Below are positions 13,650 to 25,410 of a stretch of 64,000 nucleotides of DNA, piece after piece. The notes under the pieces were generated by a model. The model had not been told where the DNA came from. It was given only the letters and a program-made list of their open reading frames with translations, and ran no database searches. The position numbers were made by a program, and so were the translations under genes. The stretch spans positions 235,476,001-235,540,000 of the forward strand of contig OZ024743.1 of the NCBI GenBank assembly GCA_964016885.1, in the 5' to 3' direction. Numbering within the stretch: position 1 is the first letter of the stretch; each line of letters begins with the position of its first letter. The DNA comes from Eledone cirrhosa. Taxonomy: Eukaryota.

Positions 13650-15747
13650 TTACCTTACTTCTCGTAGAGGAAGCATGGTTTCTCCATCCCTTTTCACTTG
13701 ATCGTCTGGTGAAGGGACCGTTGAATCGTCCCTTCGGCTGGTCGTCGGCTCTTCTGTGAGTATATCCGAATATACTCTCCGGTTGAGTGTCCCTCCTAGG
13801 TCTCTGAAATCACCAACTGCGTTGGGGAATTTCGTTTTAATGTTTGTGTATTGTTTCTGTGCTATTCTTACCAGTCTTATGTTCGTTGGTGTTTTGATTG
13901 GTGCTGGTATTATGTAGTCGTGCTATGAAATGTCTGTGTGTTCAATTATGTAAGTCATTAGTTTCTTGTGTGTATTTATTGCTGTGCATTTGTTTTTCTG
14001 GGGGTGAGGTGTGGTTCTGCTATTTTCTTGTCGTTGTTGCTGGATGTGTGTGTTTTGTTGTTGTGTTTGCGATGTTGGTGCTTGTGGTGGTGGTGTTGAA
14101 GGTGTTGTTGTTGGCGGTGGGGTTGCCGCCGGTGGTGATGGTGGTGCTAGTGTGGGTGGTGCTAGTGTGGGTGGTGCTAGTGTGGGTGGTGTTGCTGCTG
14201 TAAGTCTCTTTGCAGTAGCCTTTACCCTTTTTTTCATTTCTTTCCTCCCCTTTCGAAGGCAACGATGCGCTGCTTCTGCGTTTGTGCTTTCTTGCGACCT
14301 TTTGCCATCCCTCACCCACCTCACACTCCATATCCGATTCTGTGAGGTGGGGGAGGGGTACCAGCTCCACTCTTTCACTTGTTGTTGTTGGTGATGTTTG
14401 CAGTGGAGTCTGTTGCAGCTGCAGTTGGTATTACTGTTGTTGTTGTTAATACTTCCACTGCTGCTGCTGTTCTTGGTTTCCGTGGCGTGGGTATGGGTGC
14501 CACGGACCTATCCTTCCTGCTTGCCGCCTGTTCTGTTGCTGGTAGTAGTGGAGCCGGTTTCGGAAGGAGGGGGGGTTTCTCCTTTCTCAGGGTCTTCTCA
14601 TTGCAGAAGGCCCTGAGGTGAGTCTTCGATCCACAGCGAAAGCATTTCGGGCGTTTGCCCTCAACACTTATGGGCAGTTGAGTGCATCCGGTATAGCTTC
14701 GATGCACTCCTGGTTGGTTTGGATTGACATCTCAATGGAGGTGCCTACCCAATCTTCTCGTACTTTTTTCTGTACTTGCAGTACAGTTGTTTTGTCCTCG
14801 ATTCCGACGAGGACAGACGCGGCCAGCCAAGAAGGGGCCATCCCGGGGGGTCAGTTTGACCCTCACAATTTTTTGCCGCAGTAGGAGGGCACCAACACCA
14901 TTTCTTCGCTCCTTAGGGTCACTAAGGATTGAGCCTTTGCTTCCTGAGGTGTGGCAAAAAGCACGTCCACGGTGGCATATTTCTTGCCTCGGGTGATATG
15001 CGTTGTCCGCTGCCACACAGACCCTAAGGCTTTTTGTATTTGAGCCTCTATGGCTCTTTCAACCCTACGTGATTTTGTGCTTACTGTACGGTACGTGACC
15101 GTACAGTGCTGTTGGGTTTCGAAAAATGTTTCGGCTGCCTTGCAGATTGCTCGGTGTCCGGTTTTCGTCACCATCTTCTTTGCTTCCTGTAATTCCTCAT
15201 GTGTTATAAGGATGGTTTCCAGGTTCTTTGCAATACCTGCAAACAAGATTGGTTTTTCTTTCTTGTTGTTGTTGTCGTCAGAGCTGCTGTTACTTTTGTT
15301 GTTGCTGCTGGTACTACGACCGCTGTTGCTGTGGTGGTTGTTGTTGTTGTTGCTGCTGCTGCTGTTGTTGTTTATGCTGCTGCTGATGTTGTTGCGGCTG
15401 CTACTAGTGTTTTCCTTGTCACTGTTGCTGCTGCTGCTGTTATTACGGCTGCTACTGCTATTCTTCATGACGTCAGACGAATGAAATGGCTTTCCGTATT
15501 TACCGCATACATTTTTCGTCGTTGTCGTCGTCGTGGAGAAATGTTCCACGGTATGCACGTGCTCTTGGTGAAAGCTATCAGAAACTATATTTTTATTTTT
15601 ATTTAATGGCGTCGCTTGCGAAAGAGGCGACACCACATTTAGAGAAGGAAGGGAGAGAGACAATCTTCTCTCTGATGTAGTGACGATTGAGGAAGAAGAA
15701 GACGGAATGAGTGGGAGTGACTTGTGAAAATTCTTTTTAGTAGCCAT
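13650..15747 (-). pseudogene. LINE ORF1 (RNA-binding protein with zinc knuckle), disrupted
   Basis: ORFs 14863-15747, 14375-14707 (CFRCGSKTHLRAFC, CX2CX4HX4C) and 13923-14378 lie upstream of the APE ORF. Confidence 0.8.
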
Positions 15748-15961
15748 GTTTTTTTGGGTTTAAAATGAATATTGGGCACAAAACCCCAATAAGCGGTTAT
15801 TTAACCCCGAAGGGCCAAATAACGGGCAGAAAGACCCCTCTCACGAGGAGGAGGGTGTTTTTATCTACAAATTGATTAAAGTTTTAAACAATTTACAATT
15901 GTTATAGCGGTTAAAAATTACTATACCTTACAGAGCCGAGCCTCCGTCTACCATGGCATTC

Positions 15962-16161
15962 AATAATAATAATAATTGTTTCTACTTTAGGCACAAGGCC
16001 ATCAATTATCCAGTACATTACTGGTACTTTATTTTATCGACCCCGTAAGGATGAAAGGCAAAGTTAACCTTGGCGGGATTTGAACTCAGACCATAAAGGG
16101 CCGTAACTCTTTGCTGCAAAGCATAGCGTCCGACTCTTTACTGATACTGCCAATCCACCGC
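15962..16161 (-). mobile_element. SINE family A, full length, between the two LINEs
   Basis: Complete consensus with (AAT)n on both sides. Confidence 0.9.
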
Positions 16162-16458
16162 TATAATAATAATAATAATGATTTAATTTATTAGCCACAA
16201 GGGCCGACATGTAGGGGACAATACAAAGACAGGGACAGTGGGGGTTTACAATAAGGTCGAGTAAAAGTGCACAATGGAAAGACTAATTTAACAATGAAGA
16301 TATAAAAATATAAAATAAACTATGCATAAATATAACAAAATAAATTCCCCAATAGGGGGTGGACGACCCTGGGGTGAGTCGGGTACCCCACCAATCCTGA
16401 ACCACCCAGCGCTTCTAGGGCACCCAGGGAGAGTACCCCTCTCCTCAAGTTAGCTAGC

Positions 16459-18622
16459 CTATAGGCGCATGGTCAGAGTAGGCCCATTCATACGAGCCAT
16501 TCTCGCCACATTCACCCACCTTTTAGCAAATGTACTGGGGGGGGCAGCACTTCTCTCTCCACCCTCACCTTCCTTTCCAGGTGAAACTTGAAGAAGTTGA
16601 TGAGGGATTGGCCGAAGAGAAAAGTGTCTGTCTTCAGTCCTTTTAATCTGGTCCACCATACAACCTCTTTCGCAACTGCCACCAGACAGAGGAAAATTTC
16701 CTGCTCTTTCTGACCTAAGGAAGGCGGCGGGTCTATCTTCACTATGGACTCGGCCGATAGCCGGATTCGTTCCACACGCGAATAATTCCACAAGTCAGTA
16801 ATGCACGGACATTGGACAAGTGCGTGCAGAACGGTTTCGTCGTTCTGTGCGTATCTTGGGCAAGTCCGTCTGACAGCACTTCCGTGCCTGTAGAGTTTAT
16901 CCCGAACCCGCAGTGCCCCCCCCCCCCCCCCCGGTAGCACTGCCAAGCGAGGGATTTCTGGAAATTGTCCAACGTCTCCGGCTCGCAAGTCCTCCGGTAC
17001 AGACTGGTCAGTTCGACTTCGTCGAGGCCCAAATCTTTTCCGGGTGCGTCATCGCACTTGCACACCACTAATCCTCTATAGAACTCGAGAGTGGAAGTTC
17101 CACTGATCGCATTTCCCGCTTGGTAGAGGGCAGTGAGTGCCTGGTAACATTCCAGGTGCCAGTCACCCAGTCTAGGTCTCTTCTTGACCCAGGACTGCAG
17201 CTCAGTCAAAGAAATGAGCTGCAGAAAGGCCCGTCTGATAAACGGCGACCACACCTGTTCACCGTTTAGACAGAATATCTGGAGATGTTGCAGCCTCAAC
17301 GCATGTCTGCGCATCATTAGCCACGGCATGCCCAACCCTCCGCGTAGAGGGTGCTGGCAGCAGATCGACCGCCTCACCAACGGAACTTTTCCCTTCCACA
17401 AGAATTTGAAGAGGAGCCGTTCCAACTTGACGAGGCGCAGACGGGGGCAAGGCACGACGGTCAGGCGGTAGTAGACGGACGCGATGTACGCATTCGCCAC
17501 CTCCGCGCGACCTTTCAGTGATATCTTCCTCCCAGCCCATTTTTGGGTGAGACTGGCTACTCTGCTGGTTACCTCGTCCCAATCCTTTTCCACCTGGAGG
17601 TCTGCTCCGAACCAAACTCTGAGCAACTTTACCGGTCCGTCCGTCCAGCGCCCCACGACGCTGTTGGACGGCATGGGCCTGCCTCTCCAGGTTCCGAGCT
17701 GCAAGCCCACCGACTTTTCCGGGTTAAGTTTGGCTCCTGTCAACCTTTCATATTCTTTCAATAAGGTGCCGACCACCTCGATTTCTGAGGTGTTCGACAC
17801 CATCAAGATGATGTCGTCCGCATAAGCTGATACCGCCCTTCCACGTCCCGGTTCGAGCGGGATGCCCTGCAACAGCTCCAGCTTCCGCAGTAAAGGCTCG
17901 AGAGTCAATACGTACAGAATGGAAGAGAGAGGGCACCCTTAATGGTTCCGAGAGGTGGCCATTAACCTTGATCACCGAGCGTGTGCCGCTGTGCATTGCA
18001 GCGATCCAGCTTCTGAAGACAGGGCCGAAGCCAGCTGCTTTGAGGACAAACTCCAGGTACCGTTGGTCGACCCTATCGAATGCTTTCGATTGATCTAAAT
18101 TGATCAGTGCCCCACCGAAGCCAGGTTTACACTCTACCCTCTCTATGATGTATCGCATGAGGTGGAGATTGTCGAGTATGGACTGGCTGGGATTGCGCAA
18201 GTTTGCGCCTTTCCAACCAAATCCTCGACGACAAGCGCCAATCTCTTTGCTAATACCTTGGCCAAAATCTTAAACTCTGTGTTGAGCAGAGTTATGGGCC
18301 TGAAGTTGTCTAATGTATCCCTCTTGTTCTCGTCTTTCCTTATCAGCGTCACCACTCCCCTGCTCAGAGAACTGGGAATACTTCCATTCTGCTGCCAGTT
18401 ACAGTAGAGTGCTACCCCACCTCCCATTCCCGGCCTGCTAACAGATGAGAAGATCTCATAGTCGTCGAAAATGGGAGCTAGTGCGCGCGTGTCGGAAATT
18501 CTGGTCTCGCTGACGGCAATCACATCCATTTCTAGAGACCTGAGGTCGTTGAGCAGGCGACCCTGCTTCCAGGGTGACCCCAGGCAGCGAACATTTAAAC
18601 TTCCTACTCTTAATATGGCCAT
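16459..18622 (-). pseudogene. LINE ORF2, endonuclease-deleted, frameshifted
   Basis: ORFs 18143-18622, 17748-18200, 16742-17908 and 16512-16988 are homologous to copy 1 ORF2. Confidence 0.9.
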
Positions 18623-19157
18623 GTTGGCAAGCTAAAAGAGAGAGGGAAGGTTTACTTACCTCCCGGGGTCTTGTGAAGGTCGGGTGGTTCGACCTCCATG
18701 GTTGGTGGGGTTTCTTTTGGGAACCCCTTTAAAAGTCTAGATGTGGGTTTCGCATTCGGGGTTCCCACGTCTTGAGGAAAGCTCTCTCGAATTTCTTTGA
18801 AGGAATCGAGTGACATTCGGACCAGAAGCAAATCTTCTGGCACGCAAAATGTGCTCATTTCAAAAATCTCTCCCTCTGTTTGAATGTCCTCGCTTCGTGC
18901 TAAGAAGGCCATCAGTTTATCGTTGGCCCTTCTGACAAGCACGAAGTTTTTAACATTTTGTTGGTGTGCTTTTATTTGTTTTCGTTTTGGTGAATGTGGT
19001 GGTGATGGTTTTGGTGGTGTTGTTTCGGGTATGTCTGTGTTTGTTGTAGGTGTGGTGTCTGCAATTTCAGGTATTTGTGTGTTTATTTGTACTTGTGTTT
19101 GTTTAGGTTGTTTGCGTTTCGGAGATTGTGGGGGTGGTGTCGATGTTGCTGTTGGTC

Positions 19158-19866
19158 ATGCACCCGTTCTACAAGGGTAAAAGGACAGTAAAGGTCCGCA
19201 TTCCCAGCATCCCACCAGGAATGAACATATGGTGGCTGTTGGGATGCGTAATCGAGGAGGGGAGAGACACTACCCTCCTGGATATCAAAAGGACAGAGAA
19301 AGAAGACTAGTCCGGAATGAATTTGGAGATTCTTCTCCAAATGAAACCGGAGGACATGAACAACATCTCGGATTTTGCCCGCCTGCAGGACGGGACAACA
19401 ATCCAACTAATCACTGAGGGAAGAAGGCCACACTGCTTCGTCTGCGGGGAAGCAACGCATCTGCAAGCCTTCTGCCTTCGGCGCAAAAATGCAGGGGTCG
19501 CAACCTCCTTTGTTGCCAACGCCAGTGTCAGCACGGAAAGCTGCACCACCACCACCAAAAACAACACCAACAAAGACACGGACACCAACATCAAAAACAG
19601 CCGGACCACCACCAACACCGAAACCAATCCAAGGGGAAAACGAGGAAAGCTCTCCCACTCCCCCTACCCCCCCAATTATACACATAGATAAAACAATAAA
19701 CGTACACACAGATACAGAGACACTTACAGCCATAGACCCTTTGTCTTCCAGCAGCGAAGATGAAGGAAGACCCAAAAGTGCAAAAAAAAAAAAAACAGAG
19801 AAAACTCACGAAAAAAAGCCCCAAGAAAACACAAAAACATACACAACAAAAAATACAGACACCACT
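19158..19866 (+). pseudogene. Inverted ORF1 segment with zinc knuckle
   Basis: PFYKGKRTVKVRI and EGRRPHCFVCGEATHLQAFC parallel copy 1 PSYCGKKL and EGKRPKCFRCGSKTHLRAFC, but on the opposite strand to the rest of the element. Confidence 0.85.
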
Positions 19867-19884
19867 AATAATAATAATTATTAT

Positions 19885-20068
19885 AATAATTGATTCTACT
19901 ATTGGCACAAGACCAGCAATTACCCAGTACATTACTGGTACTTTATTTTATCGACCCCCGTAAGGATGAAAGGCAAAGTTAACCTCGGCGGGATTTGAAC
20001 TCAGAATGGCAAGGGCCGTAACTCTATGCGTCAAAGCAAGGCGTCCGACCCTCTACCGATACTGCCAA
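19885..20068 (-). mobile_element. SINE family A
   Basis: Consensus match, (AAT)n on both sides. Confidence 0.88.
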
Positions 20069-20084
20069 ATAATAATAACAACAA

Positions 20085-20892
20085 CGAAATTCTGACAATG
20101 CCATTGATCAGTATGGCTCACTATCCGGGCTCAGAAGTGCTGGTTTGAAAGCAGAGACTGAGGGACTCTTAATTGCTGCACAAGACCAATCTCTAAATAC
20201 TCGGGCCTATAGACACAGAATAGTAAAAGATGGGACTAGCCCTCTATGCAGAATATGCTACAAACATGAAGAAATGGTAGATCATGTTATCTCCGGGTGT
20301 CCAGAGCTGGCAAAAACTGACTATGTAGAAAGACACAACTGCATTGCTAGATATGTGCACTGAATGCTCTGCCGCTCTCATGACATCCAAACTTCTAACA
20401 AATGGTATGAACATCAACCAAAAGCAGTCATGGAAAAGGTCAGCATATCCATCTTGTGGGATATGCCTATGATAACCAACCAAGAAATCTCTGCCAACAG
20501 ACCAGATATCATCATAAAAATCAAAACAGATCGGACATTTAACCTTATAGATATTTCCGACCCAGCTGACAAGAATACATCTATAAAAACAATGGAAAAA
20601 CTGTCAAAATACAAAAACCTGGAAATAGAGATCAACCACATGTGGATGATGACCACAAACACTATCCCTGTGGTAACAGAGCATTAGGATTAATACCCAA
20701 ATCCTCAGACCTGCACCTTAGAATCCTTCCTTGCAAGATCAGCAAATATGAGCTAAAAAAGATCGAGCTGCTAGGAACAGTACACATTGTCAGACAAGTT
20801 CTCTCTCTACAATGAAAACCTCTATTGTCCTAGGTTCAAGGGCTGAACTCGGCAACAGAGAAACAGAACTGAGCTAAACGAAATAACACAAC
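20085..20892 (+). mobile_element. R4/Dong-like non-LTR retrotransposon, 5' truncated
   Basis: LKAETEGLLIAAQDQ, CCHC finger CRIC...DHVISGC, RHN, RPDII and EKLSKY motifs; flanked by (AAT)n. Confidence 0.85.
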
Positions 20893-21100
20893 AATAATAA
20901 TAATAATAGTTTCTACTTTAGGGGAAGGAAAAATCGATTAAATAAACACCAGTGCGTGACTGGTACTTTATTTTAACGACGCCGTAAGGATGAAAGGCAA
21001 AGCTAACCTCGGCTGGATTCGAAATCAGAAAATATAGACACGGAAAAAATATTACAAGGAATCTCGTCCGACCTTCTAACGATTTTGGCAACCCACCACC
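20893..21100 (-). mobile_element. SINE family A, diverged variant
   Basis: actggtactttatttt...gtaaggatgaaaggcaaag core with (AAT)n tail. Confidence 0.75.
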
Positions 21101-21530
21101 AGGGAAATTATTTTAACAAAAGAATCTGAAAGATTTATTTTCAGAATGTTCATAATAGCAAATTCTATTGTAGTGAACCACAACGGAGCCAATTATAAAT
21201 AAAACATTTCTCTTGCCTAATGAGGTTATATAGAAGTAGTTTAGAACTAAAATATGTTTACTAAAGATCTACGATGTTTAAAATATCTTAGTTTGTCTCA
21301 GTTATTGGCAATTTTCAACAAAAACTAATATAAGTTTCACATTTTATGGTGGTAACCCCCTCATTTAGGATGTGACATGCAGTGATACCTTCTCACCTTC
21401 TCCAGCAGCGACCTGGTGCATTTTATGACAGGTTAATGTTTTGTTATCCGACAAGCTGAAAAACGCAGGCTGTTGAAGAGTCGGCCGCTTTCTCAGATGT
21501 TTGTCGTTACACATATAACGGTAGAGCCTT

Positions 21531-21675
21531 ATAATTGTTTCTACTTTTGGCACAAGGCCAACAATTATCTCAGTGTATTACTGGTACTTTATTTTATCGA
21601 CCCCGTAAGGATGAAAGGCAAAGTTAACCTCGGCGAGATTTGAACTCAGACCACAAAGGGCCGTAACTCTTTGCT
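21531..21675 (-). mobile_element. SINE family A, 5' truncated
   Basis: Consensus match. Confidence 0.82.
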
Positions 21676-21998
21676 ATTGGAGTTGGCCCAGCCGCAGGAG
21701 TGAGCCTCGTCAGCTGGAATTCTGTTTCAACGTGTCTCCCTAGGAATAACGCTTTCTCTGTTTTGTCCTGCAGAGTTCTGTCCTGTTTTGTCCTGCAGAG
21801 TTCTGCACGCCAGAGGGCGTTCCCCCACATTGTCCGGGCATGTATCACTGGAGTAGCTATCGTATAGTTAGCTGATATTTATGTTTATACACACATTTAC
21901 CTACACAAATAGATCTAAGATCACATCGTGTCTATTACCGCCTCAATAAATTATTCGATAATTTTCATTTTAGCTACTGAGTTATATTGAATTGAATT

Positions 21999-22551
21999 TG
22001 TAGTGACCTACATTCCGCGGGCTCACATACATTCTCTGTGCGTGATTTGGCTCAGTTCAGCCAATCAGCGCCAGTAGAAGAGGATGTATTCCTACGCGCC
22101 CTGAGGAAGAAATTCCCCGCGAAGATTTGAAGAATCTCTAGCTTGTACCGGAAACTTCAAGCCAGCAATACGCATAATGTAACAGTGAGATATTGCACCC
22201 CTAGCCTCGCTGGCTTAACGGCGCAATGGCACATTCCCTTTTGTAACCTCTTTTTATCTGTAACTTCAACCATATAAATAAACAAACATTTCATCGCTAA
22301 TTACTGCGGTTGAAGTCGTTATTATGTTACTCGTGTCTCAATAACATCTTTAATCCATGCTGCTGGAATTGGCGACCTGACGAAAGGAATATTGTAAATA
22401 GATGGTAAATAGATCGAGGGACCTTCCCTCACGTCTATGTCAACCAGATAATCCAACGAGGATACTATCACTTACCACACTGGCAACTAACGACCACTGA
22501 TTCTACCACCCTGCTAAAGTGGCGATAACATCTACAACTAATACTGCTAAA
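21999..22551 (+). repeat. 5' LTR of the non-autonomous element
   Basis: TGTAG...GCTAAA; about 7 substitutions versus the 3' LTR, counted by eye. Confidence 0.93.
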
Positions 22552-24114
22552 GTGGTGACCGACGTAAGAATATCACGCAGCCCTTCTTATTCATTCAGTT
22601 TAACTTTTATTGCCACGTCGCAACTTGCGAAAATCCAGAATATTCCTTTTAAGATTTTTGAAAAATTAGCAGTATTTCAAAAACTTTTTCGCCACGAAAA
22701 AATTTCAAGATGGCTACCGACATGTCATGGCTACGCTTGACAACAACAATGACAGCAGCAGCGACAGCGTTGTTTAACCACTGACCAATACAGGGAACAG
22801 TGAGTGGCAGCTTCATAACCTTACCAACGCCAACCACCACACATCGGAAATTTCAAAACGGCTTGTAACTTTACCGACGCAACCACCATATCTTCTGTCT
22901 CGTTACCACAGGGACGCGAGAAATTGAGACAGTAGTTTTCTCACCATTATGGCGTCAGACGTGACTGCCATATTTGGTGACTCCTACTCTACAGAAGATT
23001 CTTTGACATTACTTTAACAATAAGCAACACTACCGTGTGGCGGGACGGTAAGATGGCCACGAAATCTCACAAAAACACCATACATCTAACCCCTAACGGC
23101 ATTAACAAACTTCTTTTTCAGTTTTCAGATAGAACTAGTGTCTGTACACTGGTGATGTGTGAACTATTTGACTTTGAAAAACTTTCAACTTATTGAGCAA
23201 TTTCTCTGCTCCCCTAGATTGACTTTGAATTATCAGTTTGTTACGTTCACATATTTCTTTGTAGAATGCATTTACTTGTTTTGTGCTCTTTTGCTATTTG
23301 CTTGCTCATGGTTTTTGTTCATTCACATTCTTTGCTGTTTTACATGCCTGCATATGCACACATTTTTTTTATCACACACCAACATGTTGTTCTTGGTATA
23401 TGTTCTTCAAACGTAATATTCTGCGAGTCCCTTTTCACCTGGTTGAGATGCTGGCAGCTCACAGAGCTTAATCCACTGGATTCAAACAGTCACCGCAACA
23501 CCAGAATACTAATTGCCGCTGAACTCAAACAGCTTCGCATCTCGTTGCACACTGATCGTCCATGACGGCCATCCGTCTTGTTGTTTTTGCCCGACTCGCT
23601 GGGAAGGCAACAAATTGAACTGGATTTGTCAATATTTCAGCCACTTCTGTGGATTCGCCCGAATTATGGAATTTACACTGCAACCCACCTACAGATTAAA
23701 CTTGCCTTTTGTTCTTTACAAAGCAACCAGCCATTTTTTCCTGGCTCCACAGCACATTCGACAATACATCTGGGGGCCAGCACTGGTAAACTACCATAAT
23801 AGCTTCGTTCACAGCTACTGGTACAACGCTTACCATTAACATTTAATGCAAGAACAGCAACTTCGCCCATGTCAGACTTTATCCGTTTTTTGTTAGACCT
23901 TTGGCGGTCACGTATAAACAACAAAACAACTGGTAATTTGACACAGCGGCTCAACACGGTCCGTAGCGCCTCATTTTTTGTTCTTGCATGCAACCTTCTG
24001 CTCAATTATTTTTTTCACTGATGTGCTCTTTCAGCATTTGTTCTTGCTGATTTAATATGTGAGTCCTTGGTTTCTTCGTTATCGATTTTCGGCTGAAAAT
24101 CTGGTTGGAGGTGA

Positions 24115-24667
24115 TGTAGTGACCTACATTCCGCGGGCTCACATACATTCTCTGTGCGTGATTTGGCTCAGTTCAGCCAATCAGCGCCAGTAGAAGAGGA
24201 TGTATTCCTACGCGCCCTGAGGAAGAAATTCCACGCGAAGATTTGAAGAATCTCTAGCTTGTACCGGAAACTTCATGCCAGCAACACGCATAATGTAACA
24301 GTGAGATATTGCTCCCCTAGCCTCGCCGGCTTAACGGCGCAATGGCACATTCCCTTTTGTAACCTCTTTTTATCTGTAACTTCAACCATATAAATAAACA
24401 TACATTTCATCTCTAATTACTGCGGTTGAAGTCGTTATTATGTTACTCGTGTCTCAATAACATCTTTAATCCATGCTGCTGGAATTGGCGACCTGACGAA
24501 AGGAATATTGTAAATAGATGGTAAATAGATCGAGGGACCTTCCCTCACGTCTATGTCAACCAGATAATCCAACGAGGATACTATCACTTACCACACTGGC
24601 AACTAACGACCACTGATTCTACCACCCTGCTAAAGTGGCGATAACATCTACAACTAATACTGCTAAA
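24115..24667 (+). repeat. 3' LTR of the non-autonomous element
   Basis: Direct repeat of 21999-22551. Confidence 0.93.
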
Positions 24668-25289
24668 AATTCAAACGAAAGAACATCAATCGCTGACTTT
24701 CTGAAAAGTCCAATCAATTCAGGTAAATTGCCAGAGATAGAGTGTAAAACAGTGGTGACGATGTTCCCAATGCTAAGTGCAATGTTTCAACTATTTTGTT
24801 AGAAATATAACATGCACACAACATCGAGAATTCTTTTACACTTTCGAGGCCTATAAAATGTACCAGTCAAGTACTGGGGTTTGGTTCTTCTTCTATATCT
24901 CTTTCTCGCTTTCTCTCTATCACACTGGCAGGAATCGGCAGTATTCAGACAGGTTTTAAAACACCCAAGAAACGCCATATGACACCCTTACAACAACACC
25001 ATGAGTTACGGAGTCATGTATATAACTCCTTAAGTATCCATTTTTCTCCAATAATAAACATTTCTCTCTTTTATTTTTATCCTCCCTGTATAACAATTTC
25101 ACGTACTTTGTTATAAATATAATACACACTATTGGGTATCCATTCTGCTCTAAATATAAACATGTCTCACTTTCGAGGGTTATAATAATAACACTCTAAG
25201 CTAAAGAATAATCTGTAAGGGGTTTAATGGTCACTGGGGTAATTTATTTAGAGAAAATAAATCCTTGTTTGTGAAAAAGTTGAAAACAC

Positions 25290-25410
25290 CCGCTGTACGA
25301 TAAATTGCCTTGCGGTATTTCTTCCGGGTATATGCGCTCTGAGTTCAAATCTTGCCAAGGTCAAATTTGACTTCCATCCTTTCGTTGTCGACAAATTAAA
25401 GGACCAGTTT
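25290..25410 (+). mobile_element. Old SINE family A-related copy
   Basis: ctgagttcaaatcttgccaaggtc...cttccatcctttcgttgtcgac. Confidence 0.6.

Larger units (their letters stand above)
10805..15960 (-). mobile_element. Tx1/L1-group LINE copy 1 (5' apparently intact, 3' truncated, frameshifted)
   Basis: 5' UTR, ORF1 with a CCHC knuckle, and ORF2 with APE and RT motifs. The 5' end abuts an (ATT)n SINE tail. Confidence 0.92.
16180..19866 (-). mobile_element. Tx1/L1-group LINE copy 2, intact 3' end, internal deletion and 5' inversion
   Basis: 3' end AATAAA + (ATT)n; RT (YADD) and C-terminal C..C...ETVLHALVQC motif; APE N-terminus fused to pre-RT sequence; ORF1 segment 19158-19866 lies on the + strand. 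Confidence 0.9.
21999..24667 (+). mobile_element. Non-autonomous LTR retrotransposon (no recognisable gag/pol)
   Basis: Two 553 bp LTRs (21999-22551 and 24115-24667), TSD AATT, PBS TGGTGACCGACG at 22553, PPT-region ctggttggaggtga before the 3' LTR. Confidence 0.92.

Noticed and set aside
23159-24005. Short ORFs inside the non-autonomous LTR element
   Set aside because: No gag, pol or env motif is recognisable and the ORFs overlap in several frames; not called as CDS without a homology search.
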